Made by a program: the position numbers and the translations under genes
Assembly: GCA_023254435.1 (NCBI GenBank)
Contig: JALRLM010000116.1
Span: 1 to 52,543, forward strand
Direction: 5' to 3'
From: Hydrocarboniphaga sp.
GTDB taxonomy: Bacteria; Pseudomonadota; Gammaproteobacteria; Nevskiales; Nevskiaceae
DNA length: 52,543 bases
Notes under the pieces: model-generated
The model's database searches: none
What the model was told of the DNA's origin: nothing
The model's input: only the letters and a program-made list of their open reading frames with translations
Shown here: positions 1 through 9,750 of the stretch, piece by piece
Layout: the number at the start of each line of letters is the position of its first letter
How positions within the stretch are numbered: position 1 is the stretch's first letter

Positions 1-259
1 CATGCAGAAAGTGGCGGCCGAGCAGTTGAACCTGTCGCCCAACCTCATGGGCGCGGCCAACAGCTCGGGCGGCGTCATGGGCAAGATGATCGACGCGCAG
101 TCCATCGTCGTCGCCTCCACGGCCACGCGCTGGTTCAACCACGAGGGCGACATCCTGCGCTACGTGTTCGTGCACTCCATCGTGCTCGCCGCGCTGGTCG
201 GCGGACTGGTGATGCTGCAGGCCTACGTGTACCCGTTCACGTTGCTGGTGGTTCAGTAG
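1..259 (+). CDS. lldP: L-lactate permease, C-terminal fragment (gene starts before the window)
   Basis: [20 protein letters not shown]...EGDILRYVF is the typical LctP/LldP C-terminus. Confidence 0.9.
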   Translation, partial: MQKVAAEQLNLSPNLMGAANSSGGVMGKMIDAQSIVVASTATRWFNHEGDILRYVFVHSIVLAALVGGLVMLQAYVYPFTLLVVQ

Positions 260-1448
260 CCAGCAGCGGTCGGCAGGCCAGCAGGCCCAGCAGCGGTCCG
301 CCCAGCAGCAGCCAGCCGATCGCGGCGCCGGCGTCGCCGATCAGCCGTGTCGACAGCGTGATCGACACCAGCGTGATGGCGAAGCCGATGGCGTTCTGCA
401 GCGCCAGCGCGCTGCCCACGCGCTGCGGTGGGCAGGCCCGCGCCGACAGCGCCGAGAACTGCGGCGAATCGGCCACCACGGCCGCGCCCCAGACCAACAG
501 CAGGGCCAGCAGCGCGGTCGCGCTCAGCGTCGTGGCCGTCAGTGCGAACAGCAGGCAGCACGCGGCCGAGATCGCCAGCGCGGCCACGGCGACGCGGCCG
601 CTGCCCCAGCGCCGTGCCAGGCGCCCGCCCAGCAGGCAGCCCGGCAAGCCCGCCGCGATCACGCAGAAGGCTGTCGCCGGCAGGCTGTCGAGCACACGCA
701 CGGCCTGCAGTGCGGGTTGCGCGAGCAGCATCGGCACCAGCGTCCAGAACGCATACAGCTCCCACATGTGGCCGAAGTAGCCGCAGGCCGCGGCGCGATA
801 GCGCGGCAGGCGGAACACCGACAGCACGCCCGCGTCGTCGCCCGCCGCTGTGGCTCGGGGCGCCGGCAGATGCGGGCCGTCGCCGAGCCGGTAGATCGCC
901 GCGGCCGCGAGCAGCGCCAGCAGCGACGAGGCGCCGATCACCGCCGGCCACGGCCAGGCCGCGCCGAGCGCGCGCAGCGCCTGCGGCAAGGCCGTGCCCA
1001 GGCACAGCATGCCCACGAGCAGCGCCAGCGCCGCCGGCGCCTGCCGCGGTGCCCAGCTGACGATGAGCTTCATGCCCAGCGGATAGATGCCCGCGAGCGA
1101 CAGGCCCACGGCGAAGCGCAGCGCCATGCCCGTGGCCAGGCCATCGGCCAGCAGCGCGAAGCCGGCGTTGAAGGCGGCGCCCAGCACCGCGCTGGCGGCG
1201 AAGATGCGCGAAGCGCGAAAGCGGTCGGCCAGCGCGCTCAGCGCCAGCATGGTGGTGCCGACGATGAAGCCCAGTTGCACGGCCGTGGTCAGCAGGCCGA
1301 TGCCGGCCGGCGTGAGGCCCCAGTCGTGCGCCAGATCCTCGGCCGCGCCGTTGGCGCTGAACCACAGCGAGGTGCCCAGCAGTTGCGCCAGCGCCACGAT
1401 CCAGATCGCCGTCGATGCGGCAACGCGGGGTTGCGCGCGAGCCGTCAC
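237..1448 (-). CDS. MFS transporter
   Basis: 403 aa with about 12 hydrophobic segments; [21 protein letters not shown] and DSPQFSAL motifs; 4-bp overlap with the upstream synthase gene. Confidence 0.85.
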   Translation of the reverse strand: MTARAQPRVAASTAIWIVALAQLLGTSLWFSANGAAEDLAHDWGLTPAGIGLLTTAVQLGFIVGTTMLALSALADRFRASRIFAASAVLGAAFNAGFALLADGLATGMALRFAVGLSLAGIYPLGMKLIVSWAPRQAPAALALLVGMLCLGTALPQALRALGAAWPWPAVIGASSLLALLAAAAIYRLGDGPHLPAPRATAAGDDAGVLSVFRLPRYRAAACGYFGHMWELYAFWTLVPMLLAQPALQAVRVLDSLPATAFCVIAAGLPGCLLGGRLARRWGSGRVAVAALAISAACCLLFALTATTLSATALLALLLVWGAAVVADSPQFSALSARACPPQRVGSALALQNAIGFAITLVSITLSTRLIGDAGAAIGWLLLGGPLLGLLACRPLLATEPPAT

Positions 1449-2338
1449 GACAGGCTCAGCCGGCTCTCGAACACGCGGCGCTCGCCGGACAGCGGATCGT
1501 CGAACGCCAGGCGCCGCGCCAGCAGCTTCAGCGGCTGCGCGTAGTCGTCGGGCGCCTCGTCCTGCAGTTGCGGGTACCAGCGGTCGCCGATGATGGGCAG
1601 GCCCAGCGCGGCCATGTGCAGGCGCAGCTGATGCTTCTTGCCGCTGAGCGGATGCAGCCGATAGTGGCCGTGTCCATCGCGCACCTCGATGAGCTCGATG
1701 CGCGTTTCGGCATTGGGCTCGCCGTCGACTTCCTGCATGCGAAAGAACGGCGTGCCGCTGACGATGCGACTACGGCGCGTGAGCGGAAACGGCAGGTCCG
1801 GCCGCATCGGCGCCAGCGCCTCGTAGGTCTTGGCGATGCGCCGCGTGGCGAACAGCGCGCTGTAGGCGGCGCGCGTGCCGGTGTCGACGGAGAACAGCAC
1901 GAGGCCGGCGGTTTCGCGGTCGAGCCGGTGCAGCGGCGTCAGCCCGGCGAGCCCGGTCTGCCGGCGCAGGCGCGCGAGCAGGCATTGCTGCACGTAGCGG
2001 CCGGCCGGCATCGTCGGCAGGAAGTGCGGCTTGTCGGCGACCAGCAGGTGCGCGTCGCGATACAGCACCTGCGCCTCGAACGGAATCTCGGCTTCGGCCG
2101 GCACTTCGCGGTAGTAGCGCAGCGTGCGTCCGGCGAGATAGGGCGCATCCACGCCCGGCGTGGCGCCGCTGTCGTCGCTGAGCTTGCCGTCGTGCAGGCG
2201 CTGTCGCCACTGCTCGCGGCCCACGCGCGGAAAGCGCTGGTCGAGGAAGTCGAGCAGCGAAGCCCACGGTCCCGGCGGCAGCCAGACCTGGCTGGCGGCC
2301 GCGTCGGACGCGGCATCGGATGCGGGGTCGTTGTCCAT
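1445..2338 (-). CDS. RluA-family pseudouridine synthase
   Basis: DKPH, catalytic HRLDRETAG and GKKHQLRLH motifs. Confidence 0.9.
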   Translation of the reverse strand: MDNDPASDAASDAAASQVWLPPGPWASLLDFLDQRFPRVGREQWRQRLHDGKLSDDSGATPGVDAPYLAGRTLRYYREVPAEAEIPFEAQVLYRDAHLLVADKPHFLPTMPAGRYVQQCLLARLRRQTGLAGLTPLHRLDRETAGLVLFSVDTGTRAAYSALFATRRIAKTYEALAPMRPDLPFPLTRRSRIVSGTPFFRMQEVDGEPNAETRIELIEVRDGHGHYRLHPLSGKKHQLRLHMAALGLPIIGDRWYPQLQDEAPDDYAQPLKLLARRLAFDDPLSGERRVFESRLSLS

Positions 2339-2374
2339 GCGCCCGCCATGGTAGCGGGCGCCCTGCTCGGCGAC

Positions 2375-3265
2375 CTACCAGAGCACGCCCTTGACCGGCT
2401 TGAGCGGCTCGGGCGCGGGCTCGCCGATGGACTGCAGCAGGTCGATCTCGATGGTGCGGCACATTGCCGACAAGGGCAGGTCGTGCACGGTGTTGGCGAA
2501 CGGGTCGACGAGGTCGTCGCCGATCTGCAGGATGGCCAGGAACATCAGCCCCGCCAGCGTCGAGCCCACCGGCGTGGCGAAGCCCAGCGTCTCCACGAGG
2601 CCGATCGGCAGCAGTGCGCAGAACAGGCGCGTGAACAGCGCCGGGAACAGCCGGTACTGGTTGGGCAGCGGCGTGTTCTTGATCCGCTCCATGCCGCCCT
2701 GCGCATTGGCGATGTCGATCAGTACGCGCTCCAGCGAGGTCTGCTGGATGCTGTCGATCCAGCCACGACGATGCGCGGTCTCGATCTGGCGGCCGTTGTC
2801 GGATAGCAGGCCGTTGGCGACGTTGGTGCGCGACATCGCGATGCGCACTTCGTCGGTCGGCAGAAAGTTCTCGATGTCGGGCTGCACTTCCTGCTTGCGC
2901 ATCTGGCGTCTCAGCGCATGCACGTAGGCGATCTGGCGGAGCACCACGGCGCGCTTGACGGTGCGTGCGTCGGCGTCCTCGTCGGGCAGGAAGTTGACCA
3001 CCGCGCGCGCGAGATTGCGCGAGGCATTGATCATGGTGCCCCACAGCACGCGGCCTTCCCACCAGCGCTGATAGGCCGAGTTGTCGCGAAAGCCCAGGAA
3101 CAGCGCCAGTCCGGTGCCGAACAGCGTCAGCGGCAGGGCCGGTGCCTTGAACGGCAGCAGGTAGTAGGTGACCGTCACGATCACGTCCCACACGAACAGC
3201 ACGGACAGCGGCTTCCAGACGTGCACGGACATGCGGTGTATCCGCGGCATCGCGTCGACGATCAT
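2375..3265 (-). CDS. Bestrophin-family ion channel (296 aa)
   Basis: C-terminal part of the 812-aa ORF from MIVDAMPR; FRDNSAYQRWWEGR, ERIKNTPLP and DDLVDPF motifs. Confidence 0.85.
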   Translation of the reverse strand: MIVDAMPRIHRMSVHVWKPLSVLFVWDVIVTVTYYLLPFKAPALPLTLFGTGLALFLGFRDNSAYQRWWEGRVLWGTMINASRNLARAVVNFLPDEDADARTVKRAVVLRQIAYVHALRRQMRKQEVQPDIENFLPTDEVRIAMSRTNVANGLLSDNGRQIETAHRRGWIDSIQQTSLERVLIDIANAQGGMERIKNTPLPNQYRLFPALFTRLFCALLPIGLVETLGFATPVGSTLAGLMFLAILQIGDDLVDPFANTVHDLPLSAMCRTIEIDLLQSIGEPAPEPLKPVKGVLW

Positions 3266-3384
3266 GCGAGGGTCTTCATTCGAACGGGCAGGGAGAACGC
3301 CCCTTGTACCGCAATAACGTGAACACGGGCCATACATGGCGCATGCACGGCCCCTGCGCCGTCCGTGCGCGGCGCGGCGACTTT

Positions 3385-3768
3385 TTAGCGCCGGATGATC
3401 GCGATGGCTTCCATCTCGATGTCGGCGCCGTAGTGCAGCTTGGGCGTCGGCACCGCCGAGCGCGCCGGCTTGTGGGCGCCGAAGGCCTCCGCGTAGATCG
3501 CGTTGATCTGCGGCCAGAAGGCGACGTCGGAGAAGTACAGCGTGACCTTGACCACGTCGTCGAGCGTGCCGCCGGCGGCCTGCACCACGGCCTTGACGTT
3601 GGCGATCACGAGCCGCGTCTGCTCCTCGATCGTGCCGGGCACGAAGCGGCCGGTGGCGGCGTCGATGGGCAACTGGCCGGAGACGAACAGCCAGCCGTTG
3701 TCGAGCAGGCCCTGGCTGTAGTGGCCCGCGGGCTGCGGGGCGTCGGGAGTCTGGATCACGTGTGCCAT
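3385..3768 (-). CDS. RidA/YjgF family enamine/imine deaminase
   Basis: GHYSQ, VSGQLP, KPARS and IEMEAIA motifs; GGAG-poor but plausible start. Confidence 0.9.
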   Translation of the reverse strand: MAHVIQTPDAPQPAGHYSQGLLDNGWLFVSGQLPIDAATGRFVPGTIEEQTRLVIANVKAVVQAAGGTLDDVVKVTLYFSDVAFWPQINAIYAEAFGAHKPARSAVPTPKLHYGADIEMEAIAIIRR

Positions 3769-3810
3769 GGAGGAGAGTTCGTCGGGTGGAGGTAAGTCTG
3801 AAATCGGCGC

Positions 3811-4953
3811 CTACCAGCCGCTGATGCGCGGCCACTGCGCCTCGATGCCGAAGCCGTCGTCGCCCAGCACGTGGTAGCGATCGTAGGCCGAGGCCGTCAT
3901 GCAGGCGTGATTGGGCTCGATGCGCAGGCGCGTGCCGACCGGATAGCGCGCGTAGTCCGGCGCGCCGTCGCGGCTGCGCAGCACGCCGTGCTCCTGCGAC
4001 ACATGGGCGACGTACAAGGCCTGCGGCGGCGCCGAGCCATCGGCCATCAGCACGCGGCCGTAGCCGTGGTTGCGCTCGTCGTCGAAGCGCATGCTGCTGG
4101 TGTCCTTGCTCAGCGCCAGCGCGCCGGCGTCGACGATGATCTCGCCGCGCTGCGGATACTGGCCGATCACGGTCGCCAGCACGCTGATGGCCAGATCGTC
4201 GGGCGCGCAGGAGCCGACCCCGCACTGGAACAGGTCGCCCACCATGTAGACGCCGGCGCGCACTTCGGTGACGCCGGCGAGATCGCGCGCATGGCGCACC
4301 GAAGGCGTCGAGCCCAGGCTGACGATGTCGCAGGCGTGGCCGGCCGCGCGCAGGCGCGTCGCCGCCGTGACCACCGCCAGGCGCTCCTGCTCGGCCACGG
4401 CCGCATGCGCTTCGGGCGAGCGGCCGTCGTAGGAATGCCCGCCGTGCGTGAACACGCCGGCCAGCCGCGCGCCACCACTCAGCGCGCCGGCGACGGCGAG
4501 CAATTCGTCGCTGTGCGGCGCCACTCCACAACGGCCGTCGCCGCAGTCGATTTCGATCAGCACCTCGAAGCACAGGCCCAGTTCGCGGCCGCGCTGCTCG
4601 ATGCGCCGCGCCGCTTCGACCTGGTCGGTGGCCAGCAGCAGGCGCGCACCGCGCGCCATCAGCGCGGCGACGCGCGCGAGCTTCTGTGGCGCGATGCCGA
4701 CGGCGTAGAACAGGTCGCGATAGCCGTGCTCGAAGAAGTATTCGGCCTCGAGCAGCGTCGACACCGTGATGCCGCCGCCGTCGGGCAAGGCACGCCGTGC
4801 GATCTCGATGCACTTGGTGCTCTTGACGTGCGGCCGCAGCCGCACGCCCAGGCGCGCGGCCTGCTCGCGCATGCGTGCGAGGTTGGCGTCGAGTCGTGCG
4901 CGATCGAGCAGCAGCGCGGGTGTATCGAGCTCATCGAGCGTGCAGATCGACAT
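3811..4953 (-). CDS. DSD1-type fold-III PLP enzyme (D-serine dehydratase / D-threonine aldolase / hydroxyaspartate dehydratase family)
   Basis: TPALLLD, RPHVKSTK (PLP Lys), HGGHSY, SQEHG and PNHAC metal-site motifs. Confidence 0.85.
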   Translation of the reverse strand: MSICTLDELDTPALLLDRARLDANLARMREQAARLGVRLRPHVKSTKCIEIARRALPDGGGITVSTLLEAEYFFEHGYRDLFYAVGIAPQKLARVAALMARGARLLLATDQVEAARRIEQRGRELGLCFEVLIEIDCGDGRCGVAPHSDELLAVAGALSGGARLAGVFTHGGHSYDGRSPEAHAAVAEQERLAVVTAATRLRAAGHACDIVSLGSTPSVRHARDLAGVTEVRAGVYMVGDLFQCGVGSCAPDDLAISVLATVIGQYPQRGEIIVDAGALALSKDTSSMRFDDERNHGYGRVLMADGSAPPQALYVAHVSQEHGVLRSRDGAPDYARYPVGTRLRIEPNHACMTASAYDRYHVLGDDGFGIEAQWPRISGW

Positions 4954-5008
4954 CGGTCGGCGGGGCGAAAAGGACGGGCTGCCATTGTGGCATGTGCCCG
5001 TAGCCCGC

Positions 5009-5869
5009 TCAGGCCTCGATCCGTGCGTCGCCCCGGTCGATCACGCAGCGGGCGCCGGCGTGGGCGCGAAAGCGCAGGCGCTGCGCCGACTCGCGCCAGA
5101 ACTCGAAGCGCAGCGTCTCGCCCGGATACAGCGGTGCGCTCAGGCGCAGGCCCAGTGCGAGCAGGCGCGTGGGCTCGCCGCCGCAGGCATGGCGGATCAA
5201 CGCGTGGCCGGCGATGCCGTAGCTGGCCAGCCCATGCAGGATGGGCCCGTCGAAGCCCGCGTCGCGGGCTCGCGACGGATCGCAGTGCAGCGCGTTGCGA
5301 TCGCCCCAGAGCCGGTAGAGCAGGGCGGCCTGCGGCGACGTCGGCAGCTCGATTGCGTCGTCGGCGCTGCGCCCTGGCAGCGGGGGCTGCACGGTGGGGC
5401 ATTCGTCGCCGCGGCCGTCGCCTGCGCCGAAGCCGCCGTCGCCGCGCAGCAGGATCAGCGAGCGGCCGCTGGCGAGCCGGCGCGTGTCGTCGCGCAGCTC
5501 GCAGTCCAGCGCCACCAGGGCCCCACGGGCGGCGCCGCGATCGTGCACGGCGGCGATGCGCGTGCTCACATCCAGCGCGGCGGCTGCCGGCAGCGGTGCG
5601 AAGAAGCGCATGCGCTGCTCGGCGTGCACGATGCGCGCGGCGTCGATGCCCAGACCCTCGGTTCCATACCAGGGGCCGGGCCAGGCGATGGCGGCGGCCA
5701 TGGTCGGCAGCGTGAGCGGCGCCTCGTCGCGCAGATGGCGCAGCTGCGCTTCGTCGCGCGGAGCTAGCCCCATGCCGACGGCGAGCGCGTAGAGCTGGGT
5801 ATCGCGCAGCGTGTAGGCGCAGCGGCGCTCGGCGAAGACGTGGCGGCGGACGGCGTCGTAGTCGAGCAC
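5009..5869 (-). CDS. Double-hotdog MaoC (R)-specific enoyl-CoA hydratase
   Basis: GTG start; LYALAVG, VHAEQ and hydratase motif YRLWGDRNALHCDP...PILHGL. Confidence 0.85.
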   Translation of the reverse strand: MLDYDAVRRHVFAERRCAYTLRDTQLYALAVGMGLAPRDEAQLRHLRDEAPLTLPTMAAAIAWPGPWYGTEGLGIDAARIVHAEQRMRFFAPLPAAAALDVSTRIAAVHDRGAARGALVALDCELRDDTRRLASGRSLILLRGDGGFGAGDGRGDECPTVQPPLPGRSADDAIELPTSPQAALLYRLWGDRNALHCDPSRARDAGFDGPILHGLASYGIAGHALIRHACGGEPTRLLALGLRLSAPLYPGETLRFEFWRESAQRLRFRAHAGARCVIDRGDARIEA

Positions 5870-5885
5870 GGACCGCTCGCAGGCC

Positions 5886-6320
5886 CTAGTCCGCCAGCGT
5901 GAAGCGCGGCACCGTCGGCCCGCCCTCGTCGTCCCAGACCACGCGCACGGCCGAGCCGACGCGTACTGCCTCCACCGGCACGTCGACCACGTTGCTGATC
6001 AGGCGCGCGCCGCCGGCGCCTTCGAGTTCGACGATCGCGGGAACGTAGGGCAGGTTGGCCTCCATGTCGGGCAGCACGGCGCGGGCGACCACGGTGTACG
6101 AGTACACCGTGCCGCGTCCCGACAGGGTCACCCAGTCGATCTTCTGCGAGCGGCACTGCGGGCAGAACGGCGTCGGCGGCAGGCGAAAGTGCCCGCAGTC
6201 GACGCAGCGCGGCGCCACCAGGCGATGTTCGGCGGCGGCGTCCCAGAAGGGTTTCGTCCAGGCGTCGGTGCTCAGCGTGAAGAAGGCGCGTGGCGGGCGT
6301 TTGGCGAGGAGATCGGTCAT
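5886..6320 (-). CDS. DUF35 Zn-ribbon/OB-fold protein (ChsH2 C-terminal-like)
   Basis: PFWDAA, CxxC...CxxC, SGRGTVYSYTV; adjacent to a thiolase-fold gene. Confidence 0.9.
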   Translation of the reverse strand: MTDLLAKRPPRAFFTLSTDAWTKPFWDAAAEHRLVAPRCVDCGHFRLPPTPFCPQCRSQKIDWVTLSGRGTVYSYTVVARAVLPDMEANLPYVPAIVELEGAGGARLISNVVDVPVEAVRVGSAVRVVWDDEGGPTVPRFTLAD

Positions 6321-6322
6321 CG

Positions 6323-7489
6323 TCAGCTGCTCAGGATCAGGCCGCTCACGGGCACCACGGACGGGCCACCCGTGACCAGCGCCAGTTCGGCACCGCTCAC
6401 CTGGTTCACGGCGCTGCCGCGGATCTGCTCCACGGCCTCGCGGATGTGCGTCATGCCCCAGACGTAGCCGCAGGACAGCTGGCCGCCGTCGGTGTTGACC
6501 GGAATCGAGCCGTCGAGCGCGATGGCGCCGCTGGAGACGAAAGGCCCGCCTTCGCCCTTGGCGCAGAATCCGTAGTCCTCGAGCTGCATGATCACCTGCG
6601 AGGTGAAGTGGTCGTAGATCTGCGCCACGTCGATGTCGGCCGGAGTCACGTCGGCCTGCTCGTAGAGCCTTCTGGCGACCGGCGCGTGGCCCGACGAGGC
6701 GAAGCTTTCGTCGGGCATGTTCATCCAGTAGATCGAGCGGCCCCAGTCGCGCGAGGCGCCCTGCGTGCAGGCGCGCACCAGCACGGGCTTGCGGCGCAGG
6801 TCGCGCGCGCGTTCGGCGCGGGTGACGATGACGGCGATGGCACCGTCGCTCTCCAGACAGAAGTCGAACAGGCAGTGCGGATCGGCCAGCAGCGGCGCGG
6901 CGTGGTAGTCCTCGCGCGTGAGCGGCTTCTTCATCAGCGCTTCGGGATTGCCCAGCGCATGCCGGCGCATGGTCAGCGCCACGTCGGCGAAATGATCGCG
7001 CGTGGTGCCGTACAGGTGCATGTGGCGGCGCGCCAGCAGCGCGAACATGTGGCCCGGCCCGACCAGGCCCGATGCGGCGAAGAAGGCGTTGTCGGGCGTG
7101 GCCTCGTAGCTGGAGGTGATGGTGCCGAAGCGTTGCGCACCTTGTTGGTTGCCGCCGACCACGACCACGGTCTCGGCCTGCCCCGACAGGATCGCCGCCG
7201 CCGCAAGCCCCACGGCGCCGGCCGATCCGCCGCCGGTGCCGGTCAGGCTCGCGGTGAAGCGCACTTCGGGAATGCCCAGCGTCTCCATGAGCAGGCCGGT
7301 GTCGAAGCCACCCGCGAAGTAGGCGAAGCCGTCGACGTCGGCCACGCCGAGCCCGGCATCGTCGAGCGCGGCGAGTATCGACTTGCCGACCAGCTCGTGC
7401 AGCGTCTGCGGCGCCGACTGCCCGCGCTTGTAGTACGGCGTGGAGCCGACGCCGACGATGGCCGTCCTGTCGCGCATGGCGTGGCGCAT
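6323..7489 (-). CDS. SCP2/Ltp2-type thiolase-fold protein, probable acyl-CoA retro-aldolase
   Basis: Starts MRHAMRDRTAIVGVG (TGATG overlap with ACAD stop); FDFCLESDGA, IYDHFT and NTDGGQLSCGYVWG motifs; no nucleophilic Cys at GGGSAGAV. Confidence 0.85.
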   Translation of the reverse strand: MRHAMRDRTAIVGVGSTPYYKRGQSAPQTLHELVGKSILAALDDAGLGVADVDGFAYFAGGFDTGLLMETLGIPEVRFTASLTGTGGGSAGAVGLAAAAILSGQAETVVVVGGNQQGAQRFGTITSSYEATPDNAFFAASGLVGPGHMFALLARRHMHLYGTTRDHFADVALTMRRHALGNPEALMKKPLTREDYHAAPLLADPHCLFDFCLESDGAIAVIVTRAERARDLRRKPVLVRACTQGASRDWGRSIYWMNMPDESFASSGHAPVARRLYEQADVTPADIDVAQIYDHFTSQVIMQLEDYGFCAKGEGGPFVSSGAIALDGSIPVNTDGGQLSCGYVWGMTHIREAVEQIRGSAVNQVSGAELALVTGGPSVVPVSGLILSS

Positions 7490-8655
7490 CAGCCCTGCGC
7501 GGCGAAGTCGGCCAGCAGCTGGCGGCCGATGATGAGCTTCTGGATCTCGGACGCGCCTTCGTAGATGCGCATCGGCCTTGCCTCTCGATACAGCTGCTCG
7601 ACGAGGTTGCCGCGCGTCACGCCGGCCCCGCCGCAGAGCTGCACGGCGCGATCGACGACGCGGCCCGCGGCCTCGGCCGCGGCCAGCTTGGCCATCGACG
7701 GTGCATGCGAGCGTCTCGCGCCGCGCACATCGTGTTCCCAGGCCGAGCGATACACCGACAGCGCGGCGGTCTCGATGTCGGTGAGCATGTCGGCGAGCTG
7801 CATCTGCACGCTCTGGATCTCCGACATCGGCTTGCCGTAGAGCTTGCGCGTGGTGACGCGCTTGAGCGTTTCTTCGAGCGCGCGGCGGGCGAGGCCCACG
7901 GCGGCGGCGCCGACCGAAGGACGAAAGATGTCGAAGGCCGCCATCGCCACCTTGAAGCCCTGGCCGGGTTCGCCGATCAGCGCGCCCGCCGGCAGCTTGC
8001 AGCGCGAGAATTTCACCGGCGCGGCCGGATGCGGCGCGATGAAGTCGATGGCCTTGCCGAAGCTCAGGCCCGGCGTGCCGTGATCGACGATGAAGGCCGA
8101 CAGTCCGCGCGAACCCGGCGCTTCGCCGGTGCGTGCGACGACCACGTAGTGATCGGCGAAGCCGGCGTTGGAGATCAGCGTCTTGTCGCCATCGAGCACC
8201 CAGCCGTCGCCATCGCGCGTCGCGCGGGTGTCCATCGCGGCGACGTCGGAACCCGCCTCGGGCTCGGTCAGCGCGAAGGCGGCGACATGGCGGCCTTCGC
8301 GGCAGGCCGGCAGGTAGCGCGCCTTCTGCTCGACGCTGCCGGCGGTCTGCAGCGCCATGGTGCCGATGCCCTGCATGGCGAACATGGCGTCGGCCAGCGC
8401 GTTCTCGTACGTGAGCGCCTCGCGGATCACGCACAGCGCGCGCGCGTCGAAGCCGGCGCCCTCCTTGGGGACGACGTAGCGCAGCAGATCGGCGTCGCCG
8501 AGGCTGCGCACGATGGCGCGGCAGTCTTCGGCTACGAGCTCGCCGTGATGCGCCGGATTGGCCTTGTTCCAGGCGATCACGCGCTCGGCGAGCTGCTTGT
8601 GCGCTGGCTCGAAGAACGGCCAGTCCCACAGCGTCCAGCCCCGGCTCGTGCTCAT
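7489..8655 (-). CDS. Acyl-CoA dehydrogenase
   Basis: AFALTEPEAGSD, GDKTLISNAG and RIYEGASEIQ (catalytic Glu). Confidence 0.92.
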   Translation of the reverse strand: MSTSRGWTLWDWPFFEPAHKQLAERVIAWNKANPAHHGELVAEDCRAIVRSLGDADLLRYVVPKEGAGFDARALCVIREALTYENALADAMFAMQGIGTMALQTAGSVEQKARYLPACREGRHVAAFALTEPEAGSDVAAMDTRATRDGDGWVLDGDKTLISNAGFADHYVVVARTGEAPGSRGLSAFIVDHGTPGLSFGKAIDFIAPHPAAPVKFSRCKLPAGALIGEPGQGFKVAMAAFDIFRPSVGAAAVGLARRALEETLKRVTTRKLYGKPMSEIQSVQMQLADMLTDIETAALSVYRSAWEHDVRGARRSHAPSMAKLAAAEAAGRVVDRAVQLCGGAGVTRGNLVEQLYREARPMRIYEGASEIQKLIIGRQLLADFAAQG

Positions 8656-9671
8656 GCGCGCGCTCCCTGCGTCGGCGCCTGCGGCGCACCGGCGAACTTG
8701 GCGTCGTAGCGCGTGCCCGCCGCGACGCCGGGCGGCATGATGCGGTCGATGGTGGCGAGATCGCTCTCGCTCAGCGAGACGTTCACGGCGCCGACGTTTT
8801 CCTCGAGGTATTTGATGCGCTTGGTGCCCGGAATCGGCACGATGTCCTGGCCGCGATGGAACAGCCAGGCCAGCGCGATCTGTCCCGGCGTGCAGTGCTT
8901 TTCGTCGGCGAAGGCGCGGACCTGATCGACCAGCGCCTGGTTGCGGTCGAAGTTCTCGCCCTGGAAGCGCGGCGAAGTCAGGCGAAAGTCATCCTGTGCC
9001 AACGTGGTCTTCTGCACCGCGCCGGTCAGAAAGCCGCGACCCAGCGGGCTGTAGGCGACGAAGGTGATGCCCAGTTCGGCGCAGGCCGGCAGCACCCCGG
9101 CCTCGGCCTCGCGCGTCCACAGCGAATACTCGGACTGCAGCGCGGCGACCGGATGCACGGCGTGGGCGGCGCGCAGCTGCTCGGCGGTGACTTCCGACAG
9201 GCCATAGCCGCGGATCTTGCCGGCCTTGACCAGATCGCCCAGTGCGCTCGCGGTCTGCTCGATCGGCACGCGCGGGTCGGTGCGATGCACCAGATACAGG
9301 TCGATGTGATCGGTGCCCAGGCGCTTCAGCGATTCCTCGCAGCAGCGGCGCATGTACTCGGGCGAGTTGTCGATGGCGCGATCGTAGGTGCTGCCGTCCG
9401 GGCCGTCGGGATCGCGCACGATGCCGAACTTGGTCGACAGCATGATGCGCTCGCGCTTGCCCGCGATGAAGCGGCCGACCAGCTCCTCGTTGCGGCCGCG
9501 GCCGTAGACGTTGGAGGTGTCGAAATGCGTGACGCCGAGTTCCAGGGCGCGCTCCAGCGTCTTCAGCGATTCCTCGTCGTTGTGCCCGCCGTAGAACTCC
9601 GACATGCCCATGCAGCCGAAGCCCATGATGGAACTGTCGATGTCGGTGCGGCCCAGCTTGATGCTGCGCAT
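8652..9671 (-). CDS. Aldo/keto reductase
   Basis: GFGCMGMS, DTSNVY, STKFG, LYLVHR and PIPGTK motifs. Confidence 0.92.
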   Translation of the reverse strand: MRSIKLGRTDIDSSIMGFGCMGMSEFYGGHNDEESLKTLERALELGVTHFDTSNVYGRGRNEELVGRFIAGKRERIMLSTKFGIVRDPDGPDGSTYDRAIDNSPEYMRRCCEESLKRLGTDHIDLYLVHRTDPRVPIEQTASALGDLVKAGKIRGYGLSEVTAEQLRAAHAVHPVAALQSEYSLWTREAEAGVLPACAELGITFVAYSPLGRGFLTGAVQKTTLAQDDFRLTSPRFQGENFDRNQALVDQVRAFADEKHCTPGQIALAWLFHRGQDIVPIPGTKRIKYLEENVGAVNVSLSESDLATIDRIMPPGVAAGTRYDAKFAGAPQAPTQGARA

Positions 9672-9750
9672 GTTTTTCTCCTCGTTCTTTATTGTGCGCC
9701 TGCGGCGCCGACTGCGTTTGAGTGCGGAATCCAGGGGCGGCCGCAGCGAC

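Noticed and set aside
2375-4813. 812-aa ORF as a long bestrophin fusion
   Set aside because: The N-terminal part is an off-frame read of the DSD1 and RidA genes; real start near 3265
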